A stretch of DNA of 44,453 nt from Thermoplasmatota archaeon (GCA_965234725.1 CBDDUX010000022.1:1-44453), one strand, 5' to 3'; shown: positions 19,369-29,842, numbered from the stretch's first letter. A program made the numbers and translations. Notes: generated from the letters alone by a model not told the origin.

Positions 19369-20562
19369 CTACCTTGCCATGGCCCTTTTAAAGAGAGGGA
19401 TGGCAACTATCAGCATCACGGTCCCGAAAATTATCATTACACCTAATTCCAAAGTGACATCACCAATCCCGCCTCCAAGCACTATGACCTTTCTCATCGC
19501 CTGGGCTGCATAGGTCAATGGGAGGGCTTTGGAAAGATATTGAAGGACCTTGGGCATCTGCTCCAGCGGGAAGAATATCCCGGACAGGAACATCATGGGG
19601 AACTGGAGGATCATCATGAATGTCTGTGCTGTCTCCTCATCCCGGGCAGCAGCCGTTATTGCTATTCCAATACCTATAAAACTGTATATTCCCAGGAGTA
19701 GAAGGAAAGCGACAAGCAGGATCGAACCATGGATAACGACCCCGAAGAGGACTATGGCAAGCAACAGCACTACTCCTCCTTGTATCATCCCCCTCACACT
19801 CTGAGCGATCGTCTTACCAAGTATTATCGAGAACCTGCTGGTGGGAGCTGCAAGGATACCATCAAAGGTCCCTGCCTCCTTTTCGTGTGATATCGCCCTT
19901 GGCAGACCCAACATCACAGAGAACATGACAACCATCATCATCATACCCGGAGCCAGGAACTCGAAATAACTTGGATTTCCAGGTACTGTGCCCTTGTTCT
20001 CGATCTTGTAAGGTGTGACAATGGCTATGGAGGAATTGATATCTCCTCCCATTGTCTCGTTAATGGTAGCTACCGCTTTGCCGGTCCCCATTTTGGATAT
20101 TACATTATCGAGGATCCCCATCAACTGGGTGGATATCTGTGGTTTGGACTGGTCGTAAAGCACCGTGACACGTCCCTGCTTCCCGGATTCCAGATTTCCT
20201 GAGAAGTCCTCGCTGATGATGACAGCCCCATAACGACCTCCTTTGGTGATCTGTTCCCTTGCAGAAGCCTCTGATCCGGAGGTCTTGAGCTTGAAATATC
20301 CAGTTCCCTGATTCATCTCCTTGAGGTCCTGGATGAAAACAATGCTTTCATTACCCGGAATGCCGTCATGGACATCTTCGTTCACTATCGAAATGGGCAT
20401 ATCCTCTATAGAGTTCCCCGACGGGAAGATGTATCCGAACATGACCATCATGAACAATGGGAAGATGAAAAGCATGACAAGGAGGACCCTGTTCCGGGAG
20501 AACTCAAGGAGGTCCTTATGAGCGATCCAGAGAGAATGTTTTATCGCAGTTATTACGCTCAT
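19369..20562 (-). CDS. ABC-2 type transporter permease
   Basis: An N-terminal TM helix, a large extracytoplasmic loop, then EKEAGTFDGILAAP, LSGIFFPLEQMP and LPLTYA. Confidence 0.93.
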   Translation of the reverse strand: MSVITAIKHSLWIAHKDLLEFSRNRVLLVMLFIFPLFMMVMFGYIFPSGNSIEDMPISIVNEDVHDGIPGNESIVFIQDLKEMNQGTGYFKLKTSGSEASAREQITKGGRYGAVIISEDFSGNLESGKQGRVTVLYDQSKPQISTQLMGILDNVISKMGTGKAVATINETMGGDINSSIAIVTPYKIENKGTVPGNPSYFEFLAPGMMMMVVMFSVMLGLPRAISHEKEAGTFDGILAAPTSRFSIILGKTIAQSVRGMIQGGVVLLLAIVLFGVVIHGSILLVAFLLLLGIYSFIGIGIAITAAARDEETAQTFMMILQFPMMFLSGIFFPLEQMPKVLQYLSKALPLTYAAQAMRKVIVLGGGIGDVTLELGVMIIFGTVMLIVAIPLFKRAMAR

Positions 20563-20563
20563 T

Positions 20564-21595
20564 TCACCTCACCCTCCCTCTTAACCTTCCCATCGGTCCA
20601 TGTCTCCCCTGGTTGGGGACCTTCTCCTTTACTTCATCGACCATTTCCCTTCCGGTGAAATGGAGGAACACATCCTCTAGAGAAGGCTGGTTCACACTGG
20701 CGTTCCTTAGCCTGAGACCCAAGCTTGAGGATGCTGTGATGATTTCCTGGAAAGCATCATCCTTGGAAGCTATCACTTTGATCCTGTTCTCGTTCTGAGA
20801 AGCGGTCTTGACCCCATCCAGCCGTCTGAAAAGTTCGAAAGCGTTTGGGGGCGGGTCGATAAGCTCGAGGTCCACGATAGTGTTACCTCTTTCAGTGATC
20901 ATGGTCTTCAGTTCAGAAGGTGATCCCACAGCGGATATGGATCCACGATCGATCAATCCTATCCTGTCACAAAGGACGTCGGCCTCGTTCATGATATGGG
21001 TGGTCAAGACGATGGTGAGACCCTGCTCATCGTTCAATTTCCTTATCAGTTTCCTGATCTCGGTTGTGCTCTGCGGGTCCAATCCAAGTGTGGGTTCGTC
21101 CATGAATACCACATGAGGCATGCTTACAAGGGCCCTGATCACATTGATCCTCTGCTTCATGCCTGTGGAGAACTTTCCTATTTGGGTATCTGCCCATTTC
21201 GTCATTTTCACAACTTTGAGTAGATCCGCTATACGTTCGTCCATCTCCTTTTTTGGAACATTATAGAGTTTTGAAAAAAGTCTGAGATTCTCATATGCTG
21301 TCAATCTCTCATACATGATCATTTTCTCAGAAACGATCCCCACCACTTTCCTGACCATCTCAGCATCTTTGACTATGTCGTAACCACTAATAATGGCGGA
21401 CCCGTCAGAAGGTCTCGATAAGGTGGTAAGCATTCGGATCATTGTGGATTTGCCTGCTCCGTTGGGACCCAGGAGTCCGTAGACCTCTCCTTCTTCAACC
21501 TTCATGTCTATCTTGTTCACTGCAGTGAATGAATTGAACCGTTTCGTCAGACTCCTGGTCTCGATGATATAGTTACTATCGGCCATTATCATCAC
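20564..21595 (-). CDS. ABC transporter ATP-binding protein (DrrA-like exporter)
   Basis: Walker A GPNGAGKST, signature FSTGMKQR, Walker B VVFMDEPTLGLDP, LTTH, and C-terminal PSLEDVFLHFTG. Confidence 0.95.
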   Translation of the reverse strand: MMIMADSNYIIETRSLTKRFNSFTAVNKIDMKVEEGEVYGLLGPNGAGKSTMIRMLTTLSRPSDGSAIISGYDIVKDAEMVRKVVGIVSEKMIMYERLTAYENLRLFSKLYNVPKKEMDERIADLLKVVKMTKWADTQIGKFSTGMKQRINVIRALVSMPHVVFMDEPTLGLDPQSTTEIRKLIRKLNDEQGLTIVLTTHIMNEADVLCDRIGLIDRGSISAVGSPSELKTMITERGNTIVDLELIDPPPNAFELFRRLDGVKTASQNENRIKVIASKDDAFQEIITASSSLGLRLRNASVNQPSLEDVFLHFTGREMVDEVKEKVPNQGRHGPMGRLRGRVR

Positions 21596-21849
21596 TTCCC
21601 GTTCATCTTTTCGCTTTTATCGGTGATGAGGGAGCGGATCCTGTTACTGGTCCCTTCCATATGATCGAGGAAGGATGCCATCTCGGATGCTTTCATCAGA
21701 GTAACGGTCCAACAACCAGGTCCGGGCCTGGCCATGACGATGACAGTGTCCCCTTCCGCTATACCACATCTTTTTCTTATATCAACGGGAAGGACTATTT
21801 GACCCCTTGATCCGACCTTTGCACTGCCGATCACTGGTTCCTTTTCCAT
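21592..21849 (-). CDS. AbrB/MazE/SpoVT-family DNA-binding protein
   Basis: Swapped-hairpin signature AKVGSRGQIVLPVDIRKRCGIAEGD. It is the first gene of the ABC operon. Confidence 0.9.
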   Translation of the reverse strand: MEKEPVIGSAKVGSRGQIVLPVDIRKRCGIAEGDTVIVMARPGPGCWTVTLMKASEMASFLDHMEGTSNRIRSLITDKSEKMNGK

Positions 21850-21881
21850 GGTATCACAGGAAGCGGGGAAGGTATCCGGTT

Positions 21882-21924
21882 ATTTCATACTTTTCATACT
21901 TATCATACAAATGAATTTAAAAAA
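21882..21924 (-). promoter_or_regulatory. Putative TATA box and 3 x 9-bp direct-repeat operator upstream of the AbrB-ABC operon
   Basis: On the minus strand, TTTTTTAAAT (21924-21915) is followed by GTATGATAA-GTATGAAAA-GTATGAAAT (21908-21882). Confidence 0.6.
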
Positions 21925-22117
21925 CAGACAAGGTCCTTCCCCTCAATTTCAAAAGGTATTACTATTGATCCGTTGATATTCCAGGGTATATTCTCGTCGC
22001 CGTACTACCCTTTAAATCATAGTGTTGAAATTTATTATTCTGATGATAGATCATGATATGTTTCGGATGATAATATTGAATATATGAGCTTTAATGTAAA
22101 TCAAATCAAATTATTTT

Positions 22118-22657
22118 TCAAATCTTATCAAGCTTATCCTTCAGTGTCCTGAAACGTTCAAGACTGAGCTCTCCTTTCAGAAAGCGGTCAACAAGTATCT
22201 TGAACATCTCGTCCTTGAACGTGTCACGGGTTATCATTTCGTATCCCTGTCCGTTCCCGGTTTCTACCTTCCAGATCAGTTTCAGGTCCTTCAACCTTTT
22301 CAATGAGTAATTGAGCTCTCTCCTCGAAAATCTGGATCTAATTAACAGGTCCTTCCTCGTCGCACCTGGAAAATCACCAATCAGGTCGAGGAGCATTCTC
22401 TGATTGGAACTCAATTCAACATTCAAGTAGCAATCGGGATGGTTCTTTTTGAACTTGGAATAATAACCAAGGTTTCTTCCATTTTTCTCCTTGACTATCC
22501 TGTTGGATCTTTGAAGTTGCTGGAGGTGGTATCTTAATGTCCCTTCGGGGATCTTCATTGCATGTCGGATGAGATGAAAGGAGATGCCGGGATTATCGAT
22601 TATGAACTGATAAAGGATCTTTCTGGTTGGATGACCGAGTGAGGAGTTCTCATTCAT
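22118..22657 (-). CDS. Winged helix-turn-helix regulator (tandem wHTH, COG3398-like) with a SHOCT-like C-terminus
   Basis: HPTRKILYQFIIDNPGISF...GTLRYHLQQL, then a second wHTH. SD GGAGGTGA at 22670-22663 favours ATG 22657 over 22681. Confidence 0.85.
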   Translation of the reverse strand: MNENSSLGHPTRKILYQFIIDNPGISFHLIRHAMKIPEGTLRYHLQQLQRSNRIVKEKNGRNLGYYSKFKKNHPDCYLNVELSSNQRMLLDLIGDFPGATRKDLLIRSRFSRRELNYSLKRLKDLKLIWKVETGNGQGYEMITRDTFKDEMFKILVDRFLKGELSLERFRTLKDKLDKI

Positions 22658-22687
22658 TTCCTTCACCTCCTTTTCCTTCATGACAAT

Positions 22688-25600
22688 TTATTTGATTTTA
22701 TCATATTTATTCATATTGTTCAGCTTTCGTTTTATCTCCGAATAGTCCTTTTCCGGTATCTCCCTTTTCATTCGAGCATTTTCGAGGCGGTCTAGAAGTC
22801 TGATATTTGAAGGAGTGTTTTTTCTTCCCTCTATAACTTCATTGAAAAGACTAAAAAGATATCCCCTGTCCTCATGGAGATCGATCTTCCCCGGAAAATC
22901 ATCGGTTGACTGATTATCATCCAGTTTACCCCCATTGACCAAGTCGTTATTTACGGCAAGGTCCTGGTCCGGATGGAGAATGTGCGTATCGGATACGGAT
23001 AATGGATCCAGGACCTTGCCTATGAGTGGGGTAGGGCCATTGTTATCAAAGATCACCGGGTTCCAGACTTCAAATGCCTGGTTTCTTTCCTCTATCTTGG
23101 ATTTCCTTCTTCTGTAGATGAAGAAAGAAAGTGTAATGATGACCAAAAGAACCGTGAAGACACATCCTGTGATGAATAAAAACAAAAATGATCCCGCATT
23201 TGAAGGATCATCATCATGAGGTATAACGTCCGATACCGGTAATACCATTATCCGAATGGATGTTTCGGAGTCATCGCCGAATGTATCGATCACTCTCAGG
23301 ATCAATGTGTAATTTCCGGCAGGGAGGTCAAGGTCTGTGCTATTACCGGTCCCGATGATCCCTATTCCTTCCACGATCCATTCGTAGGTAAGAGAATCAC
23401 CTGTATCAATATCCAGGGCAGATGCCGAGACCTTCTGTGAGTTGTTCTCCCTGAATTCCTCAGAGATAACCATGATCTCTAATTTTGATGGTGCATCGTT
23501 CACATTCAGTACTGATATCTCTATTATCGTGGAGGCTGTGAATTCTCCATCACTTGCAGAGGCAGTAAAGATAGCCTTACCGTTCCAATCCGGTGAGGGT
23601 CTGAACGTTATCGTCCCTGAATCAGAGATCTGGGATGAAATATCATCATGCGAACTGATTTCGTGATCGAGGAAGTCGCCATCGATATCATAGAACATTT
23701 CGAAAATATTCAACGATGAATCTGTACCGTCCTCCATCATCTCGATATTCCATTTTTCTTTGGATGCCACGGGTGGAATGTTCACTCTAAGGACCTCAAG
23801 TTTGAATATATGTGAATCGAAACCTCCGTTGCCGTCGGATACCGTAACGTTGACATCGTAGACTCCGGCGTCATCTTGTTCCGGTATCCCGCTTAAAATT
23901 CCGGTATAGCCATCCATATTGATGAAACTGCAGTCCGAAACCAGGGACCAATAGAGTTCATCCATTGTGGGATCAATATCAATAGCCAAGTACTGTACGG
24001 AATATAGTTCCCCCTCCTTCACTGATAGAATATCATTAGTCATGATCTCTGGCCTGTCATTGGTGTTTATCACCTCGAGTGTGAATTCGGATTCATCTCT
24101 GGCCCGATCATTCTTTGCAGATATCAGCACATTGAAAGAACCTACATCATCATTTCCAGGGATGCCGGAGAGGACTCCGGTTGAAGGATCCATTGAAAGA
24201 AAACCTGCATCCGTTGCAAGTTCCCATGTAAGATCGGCACCATTATACGCCTGGTATTGAACGATATAATCCTCGTCCTCGGTGCAGGTGGGTACATTCA
24301 CGGTGATTATTTGAAGTGGTGGATTTGGATCGATCACTTTCAGGGTGAAATTCGAAAAATCCATTGACTGTTCATCCCTCACAGTAATATTTACCCAGTA
24401 TGATGATGTCGGGACCTGAGGTGTTCCGTACAATACCTGGCTTGAGGAGAAACTCAGGAAGCTTGCATTCGTCTCCATCGACCAGGTCAGCTTGGTCGAA
24501 TCCCAGTCGTATGCTTTATACTGGACCGAGTAATTTTCGCTCCTATTGACTGATGTAACATCTTTGGTAACCAATTCTACAGGATTCAGGAATTCAAGTT
24601 GGGAGGGGAAGGGTTTGTAATCCTTTGCATCACCCTGGCCGTTGATAGTGTAGGGTGAGTCAGCAAATCCATCCTTGTCCCAATCAATGTTGTTGTGATC
24701 CGACCAGTAATTTCCTCCCGCAGGAGAGCTCCAGATATTTCCCTCGTAATAATCGAATGCTTGATGGTAGTCTCCACCGTTTCCTATGAAGTTGTTGAAT
24801 ATTATCTCATTGTCAGCAGTGTTCCACCCTGAATGTTCGATCAGAATGCCGTAATCCTCGCTGTTGATGAAATCGTTGTATCTGATGGAACAGTTGTCGG
24901 AGCCGATAATTCGCAGCCCATTGAGGAGATTATCCTTGAATGTGTTGTTCGAAATAATCAGCCTGTCCGAAACGTAGATGTACATTCCATTCCATAAATT
25001 CGATTCTATTATGTTCCCGTCGATCCTGTTGTCATTTCCGGAGATCCGAATTCCAGTACCGTTGATGTCATGGAGAAAACATTCTCGAACGATATTGCCT
25101 TCACCCAATATGTCCACTCCAATTCCTGTTCCCTGCTTTCCAAAATTTGATGCAGTGCAGTTCTCAACGATATTATTGTCTCCTTCGATGAATATTGCTC
25201 CACCGTTCAAACCCAGATTATTCTTAAGGATAGTATCGGCTGTATTTGAAAATGAACCACATTTTCCGTTTTGAATGATGTTATCCATTATTCTATGTCC
25301 ATTGGAAAATCCTATGGATATCGCCTTTGTGTTGGTGAATTCACACTTTGCTACCTTAATTCTATTGCCGCCGGTTGTGTTCAACCCATTTGCTTTGATC
25401 CCTATTGATTCAAGAAGACTGTTTCCCTCGAAGCCCATGTTCTTGATCGTCACATCATTTGCCGTTATCCAGATGATTGTGGAAGTTGCAGTGTGGTTGA
25501 TTACCGAGGTTTTGGAACTGTTCCCCTCCAATGTAATGGATTTCGATATGGTCATTGATTCGTAATATATCCCTGAGTATACTCTGATCGTATCTCCGTT

Positions 25601-25795
25601 TCCGGCTGCTTTTATAGCGGAATTGATGGTCTTGTAGAGTTGATCCTGACCGACATAAAGGGTGGAACTCCTGGTATCCTCTCCATTCACATTGATCTCA
25701 TTCCCGATCATATGGGTTCCAGAGAATAATACTATGATTGCCAGCAGGACGCAGAAACTTAATTCCCCAATTTTTTCCATGTTCTTCTCCTCCAT
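22688..25795 (-). CDS. Membrane-anchored surface protein: NosD/right-handed beta-helix, cadherin-like Ig and PKD-like domains, TM helix, cytoplasmic tail
   Basis: YKTINSAIKAAGNGDTIRVYSGIYYE, Asn-ladder repeats and GGNYWSD. Ig repeats with TGVLSGIP. TM segment FLFLFITGCVFTVLLVIITLSFFIYRRRK. Confidence 0.9.
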   Translation of the reverse strand: MEEKNMEKIGELSFCVLLAIIVLFSGTHMIGNEINVNGEDTRSSTLYVGQDQLYKTINSAIKAAGNGDTIRVYSGIYYESMTISKSITLEGNSSKTSVINHTATSTIIWITANDVTIKNMGFEGNSLLESIGIKANGLNTTGGNRIKVAKCEFTNTKAISIGFSNGHRIMDNIIQNGKCGSFSNTADTILKNNLGLNGGAIFIEGDNNIVENCTASNFGKQGTGIGVDILGEGNIVRECFLHDINGTGIRISGNDNRIDGNIIESNLWNGMYIYVSDRLIISNNTFKDNLLNGLRIIGSDNCSIRYNDFINSEDYGILIEHSGWNTADNEIIFNNFIGNGGDYHQAFDYYEGNIWSSPAGGNYWSDHNNIDWDKDGFADSPYTINGQGDAKDYKPFPSQLEFLNPVELVTKDVTSVNRSENYSVQYKAYDWDSTKLTWSMETNASFLSFSSSQVLYGTPQVPTSSYWVNITVRDEQSMDFSNFTLKVIDPNPPLQIITVNVPTCTEDEDYIVQYQAYNGADLTWELATDAGFLSMDPSTGVLSGIPGNDDVGSFNVLISAKNDRARDESEFTLEVINTNDRPEIMTNDILSVKEGELYSVQYLAIDIDPTMDELYWSLVSDCSFINMDGYTGILSGIPEQDDAGVYDVNVTVSDGNGGFDSHIFKLEVLRVNIPPVASKEKWNIEMMEDGTDSSLNIFEMFYDIDGDFLDHEISSHDDISSQISDSGTITFRPSPDWNGKAIFTASASDGEFTASTIIEISVLNVNDAPSKLEIMVISEEFRENNSQKVSASALDIDTGDSLTYEWIVEGIGIIGTGNSTDLDLPAGNYTLILRVIDTFGDDSETSIRIMVLPVSDVIPHDDDPSNAGSFLFLFITGCVFTVLLVIITLSFFIYRRRKSKIEERNQAFEVWNPVIFDNNGPTPLIGKVLDPLSVSDTHILHPDQDLAVNNDLVNGGKLDDNQSTDDFPGKIDLHEDRGYLFSLFNEVIEGRKNTPSNIRLLDRLENARMKREIPEKDYSEIKRKLNNMNKYDKIK

Positions 25796-26153
25796 CTCGG
25801 ATCAGGATTCTTTTCCCTTTACCTGATCCTCAGGTTTTCTTGAACCGGTTAGACCCTTTTCTTGTGGATTCTTAGCAGGTACCGATTCTCGGTTCATATT
25901 ATGAAAAATACGGCAAATATTAGAAGTGTTTTGACGGATAGGATTCGATATCTGGCTCTTTGGATAAATATAAATGTTTTGGAGTTTGCTTTGTACTAAT
26001 TTTGGAACACGATATCTGCTGTGCGCATACTTACGATGGGTTTGTTTTGACCTTTCAGGTCTACCATAGAATTCAAGAAGTTATTATTATCAAACAGACC
26101 ATACCATTTCTAATCATTCCCCCAAATCCCGGGATCAGTCCTGAGGTAGTACC

Positions 26154-28163
26154 ATGTCTTTCAAATATGTAATCAGCAAAGGTCCAGATAGAGCTTACAT
26201 GATTGCTAATGAGGCAATTGTGAGGGCGGCTCTTGAATCGGATATCAAGGTATATGCAACCTATCCCGGGTCCCCTACGGTGGAGATCCTGAATGCCTTT
26301 GATAAAGCATCAAAGGTCCTTGACGATCTGAAATGTGAGATATCGGTCAATGAAAAGGTGGCCTTGGAAGTTGGTGCTGGCGCTGCAATGGTAGGTCAGA
26401 GGTCCTTTGTATCGATGAAGAGTGTGGGCACGAATGTAGCTTCCGACGCCCTTTATGTGATGGCATACACCGGTGTAAAGAAGGGAATGGTCATGCTCCT
26501 TGCTGACGACCCCCATGCTCATTCATCACAGTCAGAACAGGACGGCAGATGGTTCGGATATACCGGTTATTTCCCCATGATGGACCCCTCCAGTCCTCAG
26601 GAAGCATATGATATGATGAAATGGGCCTATCCGTTCTCGGAGAAACATGGGACAATGGTACTTATGAGGACCACCACCAGGATCAACCATCAATCCAGTA
26701 TCGTCAATACATCGGAATTGAAGAGGACCCCATTTAAAAAGGTCAGGTTCGATGATGACAGGAGGAATTACTCCGCGGTCGGTGAAACTGCAAGAAGGGG
26801 TAAATTGAGGATACTGGAACGTATGAAGGAAATGAAAACCGATTCCGAGTCCAATCCCTTCAATCATGAGTTCTATTTCGATGGGTCCGAGATCCATGAG
26901 GGGATCCCAGATGGAGAGGGGTATGATCTTGGAATGCTGGTGTCAGGTGTGACCTTCAATTATTCCATCGAGGCTTTGAGGGAGATGGGATTGAAGGCCA
27001 GATTGTTCAAGCCAGGACTGATCAATCCGCTTCCGGAGAAGAGGATCAAGGATTTCATGAGGGGAATCGAGACATTGATGGTGGTGGAGGAATTGTCCCC
27101 CTATCTGGAAGGATTTGCCAAGCAGTTTGCAAAGGAAGATGATATCTCGGTGAAGATCCTGGGAAAAGGGTTCGGTCCTTTCACAGAGTTCTCGGAATAT
27201 AACGTTCCGATCCTGGTAAATGCACTGGCCCTTACCTCGGGTAAGAAACCACCCCTGGACCATCTTGCCCACAAGGAAAAGATGGATGCATTGACTGATA
27301 TTCTTCCTCCCAGACCACCGGGATTCTGCGCTGGATGCCCGCATAGAGGGACCTTTACAGCTCTGAGGAGGGCTATCGGAAAGACTCCCATTTACTTCTC
27401 CAATGATATCGGATGCTATACCATGTTGGTATTGCCACCTCTGGAGTTCTCTGATTCCCAGTTATGTATGGGCGCCTCGCTTGGAATAGGGGCCGGAGTG
27501 AACATTGCAGCCGAAGAGAAGGTGGTAGTTGCTATCGGGGATTCGACCCTGTTCCATGCCGGACTCCCGGGTATCGTGAATGCTGTCCACAACAAACGCG
27601 ATATGACGATCATAGTGCTCCATAATTCCGTCACAGCAATGACCGGACAGCAAACGCATCCGGGTGAATCGGGAACCATCGGTGGAAAGGAAGGTATCGC
27701 GATAGATATCGAGGGAATGCTGAAAGCCCTGGGTGTTGGGAAGATAGTCAATATGAATTCCTTCGAGATAAAGAAGAACAGAACAAAGATCAAGGAGGCA
27801 CTTGACCACAAAGGTGTTTCTGCCATAATCTCCAACGGAGAGTGTGCTTTATACCATTTCAGGAACCTGAGAAGGCAGGGAGCCAAACCCGTTCCATTCT
27901 TCGTTGATAAGGATAAATGTCAGGCCCCCTACAACTGTATCAAGGATTTCCTCTGTCCTGCAATATCCATCGATCCGAGCGATGAAAAGTCCAGGATTGA
28001 CCCTTCCGTTTGCGTTGGCTGCGGGGAATGTGCCCAGATGTGCGGATTTGGAGCGATAAGGTCCACTGCGACACTGAAGGGTGGAGAGGATAAGGTATAC
28101 TATACAAAAGAGGACTATGATGAATTTCTCAAGATAAATTCAAAGAAGGAGGTGGTGGAATGA
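26154..28163 (+). CDS. iorA: Indolepyruvate:ferredoxin oxidoreductase alpha subunit
   Basis: YPGSP, NEKVALE, SSQSEQD, RPPGFCAGCPHR, DIGCY, the TPP motif IGDST...N..TAMTGQQ, and a C-terminal ferredoxin CVGCGECAQMC. Confidence 0.95.
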   Translation: MSFKYVISKGPDRAYMIANEAIVRAALESDIKVYATYPGSPTVEILNAFDKASKVLDDLKCEISVNEKVALEVGAGAAMVGQRSFVSMKSVGTNVASDALYVMAYTGVKKGMVMLLADDPHAHSSQSEQDGRWFGYTGYFPMMDPSSPQEAYDMMKWAYPFSEKHGTMVLMRTTTRINHQSSIVNTSELKRTPFKKVRFDDDRRNYSAVGETARRGKLRILERMKEMKTDSESNPFNHEFYFDGSEIHEGIPDGEGYDLGMLVSGVTFNYSIEALREMGLKARLFKPGLINPLPEKRIKDFMRGIETLMVVEELSPYLEGFAKQFAKEDDISVKILGKGFGPFTEFSEYNVPILVNALALTSGKKPPLDHLAHKEKMDALTDILPPRPPGFCAGCPHRGTFTALRRAIGKTPIYFSNDIGCYTMLVLPPLEFSDSQLCMGASLGIGAGVNIAAEEKVVVAIGDSTLFHAGLPGIVNAVHNKRDMTIIVLHNSVTAMTGQQTHPGESGTIGGKEGIAIDIEGMLKALGVGKIVNMNSFEIKKNRTKIKEALDHKGVSAIISNGECALYHFRNLRRQGAKPVPFFVDKDKCQAPYNCIKDFLCPAISIDPSDEKSRIDPSVCVGCGECAQMCGFGAIRSTATLKGGEDKVYYTKEDYDEFLKINSKKEVVE

Positions 28164-28768
28164 ACAAAGGTATTTTCAATATGATCGATTGCGGAGTAGG
28201 GGGACAGGGAGTCGTATTGATGGCAAACATCGTTGGTGAAGCATGTGCCAGGTCAGGACTGAACGTGGTCTCCGGTGAGCTTCACGGTCTCTCCCAGAGG
28301 GGTGGTTCCGTCATTGCCCATCAGAGGATCGGTAACGATGTCATGTCACCCCTGGTCCCATTTGGGGAAGCGGATGTGATCCTGTCCCTTGAACCGATGG
28401 AGGCGTTACGGTACATTTCCTTTCTCAAAGAGGGTGGTATGGTCATTACCAACACCAAGATGGACCACCCACCTCTGGAAACACAGCAGGTTGCCAAGGG
28501 TGAAAAGAAATCTTATGTTACCTATGAAGAGGTCCTTGAAAGGATCAGATCGACAGGTGCCAAAGTGGTCGAGATCGATGCGATGGTACTGGCCAGAAAA
28601 GCTGGTAATCCCCAGACCGTGAACGTTGTGATGGTAGGTGCTCTTGCGGCTTCTCCCAATTTCCCTGTCGGCAAGGAGCATATGTTAGAAGCTGTAAAGG
28701 ACAATGTCCCGAAGAAGGCACTCGATGTGAACATCAAAGCTTTCGAAATGGGTTTCGATTCATTGTGA
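28160..28768 (+). CDS. iorB: Indolepyruvate:ferredoxin oxidoreductase beta subunit
   Basis: GVGGQGVVL, ELHGLSQRGGSV, LEPMEALR and NIKAFEMG. It overlaps iorA by ATGA. Confidence 0.95.
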   Translation: MNKGIFNMIDCGVGGQGVVLMANIVGEACARSGLNVVSGELHGLSQRGGSVIAHQRIGNDVMSPLVPFGEADVILSLEPMEALRYISFLKEGGMVITNTKMDHPPLETQQVAKGEKKSYVTYEEVLERIRSTGAKVVEIDAMVLARKAGNPQTVNVVMVGALAASPNFPVGKEHMLEAVKDNVPKKALDVNIKAFEMGFDSL

Positions 28769-29209
28769 ATACTCTTCTCAGAGATACTAGCCCCCATCGA
28801 TCGGTTGGATAATTCAAGTACTTACAAGGCACAAGGTTTCTTCACTTGGTCGGATATGGACGGGGCGGAAATATATGGAATGACAGTTCATTTCAACGGA
28901 AATGACCCGGGTCCAATGTTTTAGAGCAATGACAGACCATATGTTTATCAAGATGGTGTTATGGCGAAGAAATATGCGAATTCCAATCAGATGCCTGAAG
29001 GTGAACTTAAGGGTTGGAGCGTGGGTTTGGATGATCACAAGGATGATTACCTTGTGATGATGGGTGGGGCCGATCTGGAATTTGAAGATGGTCAATGGGA
29101 ACAATCCGAGATAGATACTGCAATTGCCGAGAACAGGACGATCTCCCAGGACTATTCCGATGGGTGGACATGCGACGTGAAAGCTGTTCCTGATGATAGA
29201 AGATTTTGA
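28769..29209 (+). pseudogene. Probable gene fragment: about 146 codons in one frame, interrupted by a single TAG (28922-28924)
   Basis: The frame is open from the iorB stop to the TAG and continues into ORF 28961..29209. The composition is acidic and protein-like, but no family was recognised. Confidence 0.4.
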
Positions 29210-29335
29210 TAACAACTTGTTGGTTCAACTATAATCTAATGTCCAAAATGTAATGAAATATGGGTGAAATTGTCCGAAATCAACCCATATCTATTTAGCA
29301 TATGCTCATTTACATGAACCTCTGGAAGTATTATT

Positions 29336-29842
29336 ATGGACAATGAATTCTTTTCTGTTACAATTCAAGAGACAAATGGCACAAAGGTTTGGGAATCGGA
29401 TGACCTCCCAAGACCCAATGATGTAAACTCCGGTACTGCTCATTATAGCGGTCAAAAGAATGTGGAATACCTCTTGAAGCTGATGAATCAGAAAGCCTTC
29501 ATCAACCACGAAGAGCGTTTCGTAGACCCTTTCTTCTCGATATTCGAAAGCAGCCTTGAGCAGGGTGTGGAGAATGAGGGAACGATCCAGTGGGATGACC
29601 GTTCCTTCTATACCAGGATCAGCTGGGCAAGTTACACGTGGAAGCTTCCTCCCGAGATCAAGAAAAGGATCGTCCAGATAGATATTTCCAAGGCCGGGGA
29701 AGAGGATCCTGTAAGCAGGATAAAGGTCCCCATCAGCAAGATAGCAAATGATGGCGGAGACATAATAATCTCCCCCAGGATCATTTCCAAATTGAAATTG
29801 AAGAATGGAAGTCCGGTCTCGGTACGGTTAAGATTTGCCTGA
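29336..29842 (+). CDS. Hypothetical protein, 168 aa
   Basis: Clean ATG ORF with host-like codons. The C-terminal IIISPRIISKLKLKNGSPVSVRL resembles an AbrB-like or double-psi barrel hairpin. Confidence 0.7.
   Translation: MDNEFFSVTIQETNGTKVWESDDLPRPNDVNSGTAHYSGQKNVEYLLKLMNQKAFINHEERFVDPFFSIFESSLEQGVENEGTIQWDDRSFYTRISWASYTWKLPPEIKKRIVQIDISKAGEEDPVSRIKVPISKIANDGGDIIISPRIISKLKLKNGSPVSVRLRFA

Noticed and set aside
21592-21849. AbrB/MazE protein as the antitoxin of a toxin-antitoxin pair
   Set aside because: There is no PIN or MazF toxin next to it. It directly precedes ABC transporter genes, which fits a regulator.
25960-26172. 70-aa ORF upstream of iorA
   Set aside because: It has a TTG start, overlaps the iorA promoter region and start, and shows no motif.
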